DNA of 64,000 nucleotides from Dictyostelium discoideum (Eukaryota). Location of the stretch: assembly GCA_000004695.1 (NCBI GenBank), contig CM000155.2, positions 2,624,001-2,688,000 of the forward strand, read 5' to 3'. Made by a program: the position numbers and the translations under genes. The notes beneath the pieces are model-generated. The model was not told the origin of the DNA and ran no database searches. It worked only from the letters and a program-made list of their open reading frames with translations. This document shows, one piece after another, positions 1 to 11,153 of the stretch (position 1 is the first letter of the stretch; every line of letters starts with the position of its first letter).

Positions 1-307
1 TTTTTAAAAGGTAATTGCTTATTATTTAATTTTTTTTTTTTTTTTTTAATGTTGACCAACATAATAAATATTGGTTGCCCCTAAAGGAAATAATCAACTA
101 ATAGAGGTTTATTTATGAATTTTTAATTTTTTAAAATTATTATTTTGGTTTTGATTAAAATATACTAGATTAAAAAAGAATTTTGATTTTTAAAAAAGAT
201 GTTATAACTATTATAATTTGTGTCTTTTTTTAATGCTTCTTTCGATGGGCCTGTCCAAGTTACTTTTTTAATTATTAAAATTAATCCAAATTGTGGTTTT
301 CCTAATC

Positions 308-319
308 GGGAATCGAACC
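308..319 (-). promoter_or_regulatory. External B box (ex-B, GGTTCGATTCC on the tRNA strand) about 32-42 nt downstream of tRNA-Ala copy 1
   Basis: The plus strand reads gggaatcgaacc, whose reverse complement ggttcgattccc matches the pol III B-box consensus GGTTCGANTCC. It lies just 3' of the tRNA on the minus strand. This is the Dictyostelium-specific ex-B arrangement known from the literature. Confidence 0.6.
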
Positions 320-350
320 TTTGATCCCATTTTTGATGATTAAAAATAAA

Positions 351-423
351 TGGAGAAGAAGGGTATCGATCCCTTTACCTCTCGCATGCTAAGCGAGCGC
401 TCTACCATCTGAGCTACATCCCC
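351..423 (-). tRNA. tRNA-Ala (anticodon AGC)
   Basis: The reverse complement reads GGGGATGTAGCTCAGATGGTAGAGCGCTCGCTTAGCATGCGAGAGGTAAAGGGATCGATACCCTTCTTCTCCA. It folds as a cloverleaf with a G3:U70 pair, the anticodon loop cTTAGCAtg, and a T-arm GGGATCGATACCC. It is 73 nt long and CCA is not encoded. Confidence 0.9.
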
Positions 424-492
424 TTTGATGATTTTCTTTTTTAAATACTCGAATAGGACGACATTTTTATTAATTACAATTAAAAAAACAAT

Positions 493-575
493 TGCAAGAG
501 GCGAGATTCGAACTCGCGAACCGAATGGATGAGATCTTAAGTCACACGGATTTAACCAGACTTTCCTACCCTTGC
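493..575 (-). tRNA. tRNA-Leu (anticodon UAA), class II with a long variable arm
   Basis: The reverse complement reads GCAAGGGTAGGAAAGTCTGGTTAAATCCGTGTGACTTAAGATCTCATCCATTCGGTTCGCGAGTTCGAATCTCGCCTCTTGCA. It has the anticodon loop CTTAAGA, the T-arm GCGAGTTCGAATCTCGC, and a 7-bp acceptor stem. It is 83 nt long. Confidence 0.8.
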
Positions 576-885
576 TTTAGATGAAAACTTTATTTTTTAA
601 GAAATTTTAGACCACCCTAAAATGAGATTGAAAACAACCATCTCTTTTTTTGATTATTTCATTTTTCATATAAAAAGACTAATATATTTCAATTATAATT
701 TTATTAAAATAAGCAAACATTATACAAATTTAAATTAATATTTTCAAATAATTATTTTATTAATCATACCACTCATCTAACAATAAATATAAATTAATTT
801 TCATTTCGGATTAATATTCTAATATTCTCATTGTTAAAACTATAAACAAATATACAAATTAAAAAAATTTAAATTATTTCCCCCT

Positions 886-984
886 GATCTCAACACAAAA
901 GTCAAATTTAAATGGTCATATGATTTTGTTCTTGAGAATGAGATCTCTGTATTACCATTTGAATTTGATTTTTGTGTTGAGATC
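886..984. repeat. Imperfect 30-bp inverted repeat (hairpin) with a ~39-nt loop
   Basis: Arm 1 at 886-915 reads gatctcaacacaaaagtcaaatttaaatgg. Arm 2 at 955-984 reads ccatttgaatttgatttttgtgttgagatc, and its reverse complement matches arm 1 at 28 of 30 positions. It sits between the tRNA genes in otherwise pure A/T DNA. Confidence 0.7.
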
Positions 985-1721
985 GGGTTACAAAACCATG
1001 TTTTTTTATTGGCCCGTAAGAATTTCTTGCAGATTTGATTATCCAATTCAACAAAAAAAATTTGGAGTTAAAAGCGTGTAAGGCGTTGTGGTGGATGATA
1101 AATGAATGGAATATAACGAAAGCAAAAGTTCTTCGTTTTTACATCAATTATTAAATTAAAATATTAAAATATTAAAATTATTAAATTTTTTAACTCAATT
1201 CTTTTAATTATTTATTTCAAAATTTGTTTTAATAGAAATTATATATTCTTAAATTAGTATATTATTATAAATATTTTATTATAGTAAAAACTTTCAACTG
1301 ATTTTACATAGTATAAAATGTAAATTAAAAAATTGCTATTGTCAGTTTTAAAAGTATATTACTCAGCAATGAAAATTGTTATAAATAAATTAAATTTCTA
1401 TAAAAGGTAAGATTGAACTTGTTATGCAGTAGTCTTTTACAATTTCAATTTTAATATCTTTGATTTTTTTGTTGTAGTTGTTTTTATTACAAATTAGTAG
1501 AGATCTTTTGTTGATTGCAGTGTGAAGTTTTTAAACTTTGTTGATGTAGTCTAAGTTTACAGATTTTAACCATTTTTTGAGTATAATATAATAGTCTAAT
1601 GTTTCATTTTCAATTCTTCTTCATTAAATTTAATTTAAAAAAAACATATTGTATTAAAATGATTAAGTAAAATATATTAAATAAAGATATTGTTAAATTA
1701 AAGGATTAGGTGATACTTTAT

Positions 1722-1733
1722 AGAATCGAACCT
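1722..1733 (-). promoter_or_regulatory. External B box downstream of tRNA-Ala copy 2
   Basis: The plus strand reads tagaatcgaacc, whose reverse complement is ggttcgattcta. It has the same spacing of about 30-40 nt from the tRNA 3' end as the first copy. Confidence 0.55.
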
Positions 1734-1761
1734 TTGATCTAAATTTTGTGATTAAAATAAA

Positions 1762-1834
1762 TGGAGAAGAAGGGTATCGATCCCTTTACCTCTCGCATGC
1801 TAAGCGAGCGCTCTACCATCTGAGCTACATCCCC
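1762..1834 (-). tRNA. tRNA-Ala (anticodon AGC), second copy
   Basis: The 73-nt sequence is essentially identical to the copy at 351-423, and about 50 bp of 3' flank is also similar. This is a tandem duplication with about 1.4 kb spacing. Confidence 0.9.
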
Positions 1835-2117
1835 TTCGATGAATATTTATTTTAAATACATAGAAATATACATAAAAATTTTAAAAAAAATTAATTCCAA
1901 ATTTTTCATAATAACAAAACAACAATTTTTGGTATTATAAAAAATTAATTCCAAATTTTTTATAATAACAAAACAACAATTTTTGGTATTAATTATAATA
2001 TAGTTTTTTTTAAAGTTTTATTTTTTTTTTTTTTTATTTTTTTTTTTTTAATTATTATTATTTTTTTTTTTATTTTTTTTTTTTTATTTTTTTAATCAAT
2101 TAATTTAAATAAATAAT

Positions 2118-2835
2118 TTAATTACTTAAAGAGTGACTAATTTTAGTGGCAACAGCTAATTGAGAACGAGTTAGAGAGGATAAATAAACGATCATCAATA
2201 AATCTTTGACACTATTGTTGATAACTTTATCCATGACTTGAGCATTTGCTTTTGGTAAGGCTTGAATAGTTTTAGCGAGGAAACGACCAAGACGTGGATC
2301 ACCTTGAATTTCACCTTTTTCAACAGACTCTATATAGGAGGTGATGGATTCGAGCATTTCGTCGAGTTTTGTTAAAGAACCTTGAAGTGATTCCAATTCA
2401 GAGAGTAAACTAGTTGATTGTTGATCGTATTTAGTTTGAGCGATTGATTCGAGACCAGCATTCTCTGCTTCAAATGTTAATATCTCTAATGGAAGTTGTG
2501 AAAAGTATGAACCCAATGATGATTCTGGATTCAAACTGAGATTATGTGCCATATAGGCATGAATACCCATAGTATCATTTGTAAGTCCAGTATCAACAGT
2601 CAAATGAATTGGTGTGCTATTACCCATTTCATCACGATAGAAATTATTAATATGAACTGAATTTTCATTAATATCATTACCAGTTGCATACCACCCAATA
2701 ATTGGTTCTCTTGGTGATGATTTCAAATGTAAATCTAACATTTTTCTTTGATATTCCATTTCAACTGCAATCTAAAATAAATAAATAAATAAATAAATAT
2801 TGTTAATTATTTTATAATAAATCATTTAATAAAAT

Positions 2836-2888
<53 letters not shown>

Positions 2889-3304
2889 AAAGTTTTTTTT
2901 TTTTTTTTTTTTTTGGGTATTATTTGTTTTTTTCCTTTTTTTTGGGTATTATATGTTTTAATTCCTGTAAAAGTAAAAAAAAAAAAAAAAAACCCAAAAA
3001 TAGGTATGATCTTTTTTTTTTTTTTTTAATTTTTTAATTTTTTTTTTTTTTTTTGAAAGTATTTCATAATTCTTTTTTTAATTTTATTATAGTTGAAACT
3101 TACTTGTTCAGTTTCAGAGTGAACAACTGGAAAACAATTTCTAATTTCTAAAACACCATCATTATTAAAACCTAAAAGTGTACCAATGACACGATCTTGA
3201 CCAACATTTCTTCTAATGTAATGATCTAATATATTGAAAATTACAACTGGATGTACTTTTACTGTAACTTGTGATGGTAAAAAGATTGATGTTTCTTTTT
3301 GCAT
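2118..3304 (-). CDS. eIF3f: Eukaryotic translation initiation factor 3 subunit F (MPN domain), two exons
   Basis: The exons are 3104-3304 (ATG..PVVHSETEQ, followed by a GTAAGT donor) and 2118-2771 (ttttag acceptor, IAVEMEYQRKML.. to TAA). The joined protein is 284 aa. It shows clear similarity to human eIF3f in the motifs RVIGTLLG, GWYATG, IHLTVDT and DLLMVTYL. Confidence 0.85.
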
Positions 3305-3600
3305 TATTTATATATGTGTATATATGCTGTGTGTGGATGAGTGGTGTTTTTGTGAAGTCTGTGGTGTGTTGATCACTGATCTTTTTTTTTTTATTCAAAT
3401 TTGTGAATTTATTTATTTTCAAAAAAAAAATTAAAAAAATTAAAAAAAAAAAAAAAAAATAAAAAATTGAAAAAAATAAAAAAAACGAGCCTCTGAAAAA
3501 AAAAAAAAAAAAAAAAAAAATTAAAAAATGAAAAAAATAATAAAAAAAAAAAAAAAAATTTGGGAGAAATTAATTGAAAATAATTTATAAATGGGGGGTG

Positions 3601-3633
<33 letters not shown>

Positions 3634-3688
3634 TCTATTTATTTTTAGATATATTAAAAATATATATCGAAATTACAATTGTTTAATC

Positions 3689-4554
3689 ATGAATACATTC
3701 ACAAATGATGGTAGTTTTATGGAACAATTTCTAAAAAGACAAGTATGGTCACAAAAATAAAAATTAAAACAATAATTATTTTTTATTTTTTTTTATTTTT
3801 ATTTTTTTTTTTTTTTGTGTGTGGTTTCCTTCTTTTATTAATTTTATTTTAATTTTTATTATTATTAGAGATTAGCAAATGAAGACTCAGAGGATCAACA
3901 ACAACAACAACAGCAGCAACAACAAAGTGGATATGACCAAAATAATTCATATTATGGTGGATCATATGATCAAAATTCATACTATGGACAACAACAACAA
4001 CAACAACAACAACAGCAACAACAACCACCACCACCACCACCTCCACCAGGTGAAGAACAGTGGGGTCAGAATCCATATGGTGGTGGATTTTCACAACAAC
4101 AACAACCACCACCACCACCACATCATCATCACCAACAACAACAATATCACCACCAACAACAGCATCAACAACATCAACAACAACAACAACAAGGTGGATA
4201 CATGGGAGGAAATGGACCAAATCAAATGGCGCCACACTATCAAAATAAAGGTGCAGGTGGACAATTGGAACCAACAAAAATCGTTTGGGCAGGTAATATT
4301 AATCCAGAATCAACAGAAGAAGAAGTACGTCATTTATTTTCACAATTTGGATACCTTCAAGCTATTAAAATCATACCAAATAAACAATGTGCTTTCATTA
4401 CTTTTGCAGATGTAAATTGTGCAATTCAAGCTCAATTTAATTTAAATGGTACAATATTTAGAGGTTTACCTTTAAAACTTGGTTTTGGTAAAGTAAGTAA
4501 AAAATTAAAATTAAAATTAAAATTAAAATTAAAATAATTTTCTAAATTTTTAAT

Positions 4555-4611
<57 letters not shown>

Positions 4612-5954
4612 CTCAAATAAAGGTTGAAAATGCACCACAAGCAAATTTTGGAGGTGGTAGATTTGATCAATATAATAAACCACATCAAGAAGAAACACCA
4701 ACTAAAAATTTATGGTTAGGTAATGTAAATTCAAATGTTTCATACGAATTATTAAAACAAATTTTTGATCAATTTGGAAATGTAGATACAATTCGTATTT
4801 TACATGGTAGAGGTTGTGCATTTGTAAATTTCTTTACAGTTGAATCTGCTGCAGCCGCAAGAAATGGTTTAAATGGTACAATGGTATGTGGAATGCCATT
4901 GAAAATTAATTTTAGAAAAGAGGAAGATTCTAGACATATAAGTGGATTTAGAGGTGGTGATAGAGATAGTAGTGGTAATGAAGGTGGATTTAGAGGTGGT
5001 CCTCCAGGTAATATTGGTGGTGGTGGTAGTGGAGAAGGTGGATATAGAGGTGATATGAATAATAGAGATAGTAGAGAAAGAGGTGGAGGTGGAGGTGGTG
5101 GTGGTGGTGGTAGTAGTGATGGTAGACCACCAAGACCATTCAGAGAAAATCAAATCCCATTACCAGCACCACCACCACAATCACCACAAGAACAACAAAT
5201 CATTGATAAACTTGCGGAATATGTAGCAAGAACAGGACCACGTTTTGAAACTTTTACATTTGAAAAACAAAGAAATAATCCATTATTTTCATTCTTAAAA
5301 CCACGTTCACCCGCAAATGATTATTATAAATGGAAACTATGGACAATTAGAAATCCTGATACTCATTCATCAAATAATGATACAAATAATGAGACTCAAT
5401 CACCATCAAATCAACAAGAAAATCAACAACAACAACAACAACAACAACCACAACAACCACCACAACAAGAAAATCAACAACAACAACAACAAATTAATTA
5501 CCCATCATCATTTTTAAATGAAAATGAAGTTAAAGAATTTAAAGATATTTTAGAAAAATTAACACCAAGTAAACCATCAGTTACAAATTGTAAGAATTGG
5601 ATAATGTCACATACAGAGAATTCGTTAGAGATAATATCGATAATAGTTGTAAACTTTCAAACGATATCATTAACATTTGCACAGAAATTGAATATACTAC
5701 ATGTGTTAAATGATTGTTTACATAATAGTGTCACCAAAAGAAGTTCTCCAAATGATTGGATGTCTGATGATTTCGCTAGATCAATTAAAGATTATTTACC
5801 ATTTATCATTGGTAGTACAGGTAGTGGTGAATCACCTGATAATCAAGAGAAAGTTTTAAAAGTTTTATCAATTTGGGATAATCAAAAATTTTATCCAAAA
5901 GATTTCATTGAATCTTTAAGAAGTGATGTAACTGATAATGAAGATTCTCAATAA
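3689..5954 (+). CDS. U2 snRNP-associated SURP motif protein-like (polyQ/H N-terminus, two RRMs, a SURP motif and a C-terminal CID/RPR domain), three exons
   Basis: The exons are 3689-3742 (MNTFTNDGSFMEQFLKRQ, GTATGG donor), 3869-4492 (ends with GTAAGT) and 4623-5954. The RRMs contain KIVWAGNI..CAFITF and LWLGNV..CAFVNF. The SURP motif IIDKLAEYVARTGPRFE..YYKWKLW and the CID segment match human U2SURP/SR140. Confidence 0.75.
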
Positions 5955-6266
5955 AATAAAATTAAATAAAATAAAATAATTAATATTTAATTAATTATTA
6001 ATTAATTATTAAAATAAAAGATAAAATAAAAATAAAAATAAAAAAATAAAAAAAAAAAAAATAATAAATTATTATTATTATTATTTTTATATTTAAATAA
6101 CTATTTTTATTATAATTATTTTTTAAATTTAAATTTTGCGAGAGTGTTTGTACAATTTTAATTCCTCCATATGTTACTTTTGAGACTTGATATATATATA
6201 TGTAAATAGATTTTTTTTTTTTTTTTTTTTTTTTTTTCAATTTTTGTTTTCAATTTTTGTTTTGCT

Positions 6267-7132
<866 letters not shown>

Positions 7133-7683
7133 TTTTTAAAAATTTTTTAAATACTTATTATATTTTATTCAATATAAATTTTAATAAGAATAAAGTTTTT
7201 TATTTTTTTTTTTTTTTTTTAAACAAATAAGACTTTTTTTCTTTTTTTTTTTTTGGATTTTATTTTATGAAAATAAAATAAAAAAAAAAAAACAAACAGC
7301 AAGAATAAAATTATAAGGTGTAAATTATGAAAACTATTTAATAGTCTGGTGAAATGAAAAAAAAAAAAAAAAAAAAAAAAAAAACCAAAAAAAAATTTAA
7401 TTAAAAAAAAAAAAAAAAAGAATTCAAATTGTTTTCAAATAAACATAATATTAAGGCTGGTAACTGAATTCAAAAATTTTTTTTTTTATTTTTTAATTTT
7501 TTTTTTTTATTTTTTTTTATTTTTTTTTCAATTTTTTTTTAATTTTTTTTTTAATTTTAATTTTTAATATTAATTAAAATTTAAAGATTGTTGTGATCTT
7601 TCAAAATATATATATCAATTACAAATTTAATTAAATTTATATACATACATTTTATGTATATATATTATTAAATATAAGATTAG

Positions 7684-8667
7684 ATGGGACAACAACAATC
7701 ACAAAGTCAACAAATATTTGAAAATAATCCATATAATAAGAATGGATATCATGTTTTACAAGTTCATCCAAATTCACCAAGTACAGGTAAATTAGTACCA
7801 TTTTTTGATTTTATAGTTGCAGCCAATCAGGTTATATTTGAAAAAGAGGATAGCAGATTCTCTGATACATTCAAGAGTAATATTGGCAAATCTGTGCAAT
7901 TAATAGTATATAATATAAAGAGTGATACAACTAGGGAGGTTTCAATTACACCAAGTACAACTTGGGGTGGTCAGGGGTTAGCAGGTATTTCAATTCGTTA
8001 TTGTAGTTGGGAGAAAACCCTTGAAAATGTATGGCATGTTTTAGATGTTTATTTAAATTCACCAGCACATGAAGCAGAACTTCAAACTAGATTAGATTAC
8101 ATAGTGGGTACACCAGATTTAATTTTAAATGAACAAGAAGATTTCTTTACATTAATTAATAATAATATGTATCGTCCAATTCAATTATACGTTTATTCTT
8201 CTCTAACTGAACAAATTAGATTAGTAACAATTACTCCAAATAAAAATTGGGGTGGTTCTGGTAGTTTAGGTTGTGATATTGGTTTTGGTTTATTACATCG
8301 TATACCTACTAAACAAATGTTAACTTCACCAATGATAAATCATAATTCACAACAACAACAACCTCAACAACAACAACCACCACAAATACAACAACAACAA
8401 CAATCACCTCAACCACCACAAATACAACAACAACAACAACAACAACAACAAATAAATGCGCAACAACCAATACATCCTTCACCAATACATATACAGCAAC
8501 AAGTCCAACAACAAAACCAATTTTTAACACCACAAAAGGAAGATACCAATCCAATTACTAAGAATGAAGAACAGCAACCAATAAAATTCGATTTATCCGA
8601 ACAATTATTAAATGCACCAACTGTTGTTACTTCAAATGATAACCAGTTTAGTAAAGTTCAATTGTAA
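7684..8667 (+). CDS. Golgi reassembly stacking protein (GRASP55/65 homologue), single exon
   Basis: It begins MGQQQS, an N-myristoylation-type start. It has two GRASP PDZ-like repeats with the motifs YHVLQVHPNSP, PFFDFIV, TPS..WGGQGLAGISIRYCS and ITPN.NWGGSGSLGCDIGFGLLHRIP. The C-terminus is Q/P-rich. Confidence 0.85.
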   Translation: MGQQQSQSQQIFENNPYNKNGYHVLQVHPNSPSTGKLVPFFDFIVAANQVIFEKEDSRFSDTFKSNIGKSVQLIVYNIKSDTTREVSITPSTTWGGQGLAGISIRYCSWEKTLENVWHVLDVYLNSPAHEAELQTRLDYIVGTPDLILNEQEDFFTLINNNMYRPIQLYVYSSLTEQIRLVTITPNKNWGGSGSLGCDIGFGLLHRIPTKQMLTSPMINHNSQQQQPQQQQPPQIQQQQQSPQPPQIQQQQQQQQQINAQQPIHPSPIHIQQQVQQQNQFLTPQKEDTNPITKNEEQQPIKFDLSEQLLNAPTVVTSNDNQFSKVQL

Positions 8668-8669
8668 AT

Positions 8670-8685
8670 AATAATAGTAATAATA

Positions 8686-8772
<87 letters not shown>
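8670..8772. repeat. (TAA)n microsatellite in the GRASP 3' flank
   Basis: This is a direct read. Confidence 0.9.
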
Positions 8773-8963
8773 CGTACATACTGTATTAGTGGTATTTTTA
8801 TATTATAATAAAATTCATGCCTTTATAAAAATTCATACTTTTTTATTTTTTTTATTTTGTTTTTTTTTAAACATGGAAAACTTTATTATTTTTTTTTTTA
8901 GTAACTAAATAATAATACCTATTATTAATGTCAGACAAATAATTAAACTTTAATTGTTGTAAT

Positions 8964-9009
<46 letters not shown>

Positions 9010-9194
9010 TATTTAAATTTAATAAAACTCTATCTTTATTAATAATTTCGCCATGGTTTTAATTTTTAAAAAATTTAACTCTCAGGAATGATTATTTTTA
9101 TCATCAAAGTATAATAAGTTCACACTGGTATACTATATTTTTTTTTCATTTTTATTTTTATTTTTTTAATTTATTTATTTTTTAATTGTGTTTT

Positions 9195-9873
9195 TTAAAT
9201 TTCCATATCATATTTACAAAGTGTATTAATTTCGCTATTTAATAATTGTCTAAGTGGAGTACCATCTCTATTATCTACCCATCTCTTTTCAACAGAGTCA
9301 TAGTCGAATCTTTTTGGACCACTCAATGGTGATGACCACCAAATTTGTCTGTTTGGAGTTTGTTTATTAATTACATAGGTTCCTTTATTTCCAACAATAA
9401 TTGTTAAAACACCATCCTAATATTTAATTAAAAATAATAAAAATAATAAATAAATATAATTTTTTTTTTTATTTTTTATTTTTTTTTTATTTTTTTTTTT
9501 TATAAATATTTACATTTCCTTCAACTTCAAAACCTTCGCATGTATTTGCTTCTGATAAAATCTCCAATCTGTCAACAAATAATTCAAATTCTTCATCTAC
9601 AATATCATGAAATAAATTAACATCACTTATTGGTTTAGTATTATTATTAATTGTACTAAATGATTTTGATAATTGTTGTTGTTGTTTATTGTGAGTGGTG
9701 ATAATGAAGATATTTGTTTTTGATACTGATGATTGTTTGTTGTTGTTGTTTATTGATGACCATTTAGAAGTTGAACTAATATTATTAATTAAAATTCTAT
9801 TTCTAATTGATGAGAATAATAATAATTTAGTATGTGTTTTATTTGATGCTTTGTTTAAAAAGTTGAAAATCAT
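9195..9873 (-). CDS. fxn: Frataxin (mitochondrial), two exons
   Basis: The exons are 9514-9873 (N-terminal presequence, then ..DEEFELFVDRLEILSEANTCEGFEVEGN, GTAAAT donor) and 9195-9416 (DGVLTIIVGNKGTYVINKQTPNRQIWWSSPLSGPKRFDYD..). This matches the frataxin signature GVLT..G..GTYVINKQTPN.QIWLSSP.SGP.R.D. Confidence 0.85.
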
Positions 9874-9964
9874 TTTTTATTTTTTTTATTTTTTCCCAAA
9901 TAATGGAATTCGTGTAATTATGAAATTAAAAAAAAATAAAAAAAAAAAAAATAAAAAAAAAAAA

Positions 9965-10014
<50 letters not shown>

Positions 10015-10574
10015 ATATTAAATACATTGGGATTTGTTTTTCAAAATATCTTTCGGTGGATTTCCCAAAATATTCTTTAATATCAATATTTACATTTTTA
10101 AAAATAAAATAAAATAAAATAAAACGAAAAAAAAAAAAATTAAAATGAAATAAAAAAAAAAAAAAATTATATATATAATTATTATATTATTCAAGAAAAT
10201 TATTTTAAAATGTTATTAAAATTAGAAAAATAAAAAATAAAAAAATTTTATTTCACCATTAAGATAAAAATGCAATCCATCAAATAAAAAATTAGAAACA
10301 AAAATTTTTAAAATAGTAAAAAATATTACCAGAGCCAGTTTTACTATATTTAGACGTCTTTAAAAAGATTCTGGTGACGGATCTATTAAGATCTACCACA
10401 AAAAAAAAAAAAAATTAATTTTTTTTTAAAATTTTATTTTTTTTTACTAAAATTTAACGAATACTAACACAAAAAAACAAAAAATAAAAAAAAATACAAA
10501 AAAAAATAAAAATACAAAAAAAAATAAAATAATAATATTAGTCAAAAAAAAAAAATCGACTAAAATTCGTTTAC

Positions 10575-10611
<37 letters not shown>

Positions 10612-10710
10612 TTTTTTCTTAATCCAAAAAGGTTGGACCTAGAAAATAATAATAATAATAATAATAGTTTGGAAAATAATTTTTTTGAAAATTTTGAAAC
10701 CCCAGGGTAA

Positions 10711-10750
<40 letters not shown>

Positions 10751-11153
10751 ATTAAACTAATTTATTATTATTTTTATAATATTTATATTTTAATTATTAT
10801 TATTATTATTACTTCTTTTTTATTTAATTATTTCTTTTTTCTTTTTTTTTTTAAAAAAAAAAAAAAGATTATTTTTTAAAGTTTTTAGAAATGTTTATTT
10901 AAAATATTTAATTTTTTCATATTTATATAGATCAGAATTATTAATTGATAATAAAGTTACTAGAGGTGTACCAACATTTCCAAAATTATTAAATAATGTT
11001 ACCATTTCAAAAGGTTCAGGATTTTGTAACTTTTTTTGTAAAAATTTATTTTTAGGAAATTCAGAAGAGAATAAACAAATTAAACAATTATTAAAAAAGG
11101 AAGGTTTAGATAAATTCTCATTTTTATCAAATTTTTATATTAATAGTTTTGTT

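Noticed and set aside
296-350. Partial tRNA-like fragment (cgggaatcgaacc) next to tRNA-Ala
   Set aside because: It is better explained as the Dictyostelium external B box than as a tRNA pseudogene fragment, because only the B-box segment is present and it recurs at the second copy.
3213-3434. Overlapping 66-69-aa ORFs on both strands
   Set aside because: They lie in the eIF3f 5' flank/promoter, are A/T repeat-derived and have no coding signal.
8309-8554. 81-aa minus-strand ORF, poly-Val rich
   Set aside because: It is the antisense reading of the GRASP polyQ (CAA)n tract. It has no start context and no protein-like composition.
9695-10015. 106-aa plus-strand ORF
   Set aside because: It is antisense to frataxin exon 1 and then runs into a poly-A tract (poly-Lys translation).
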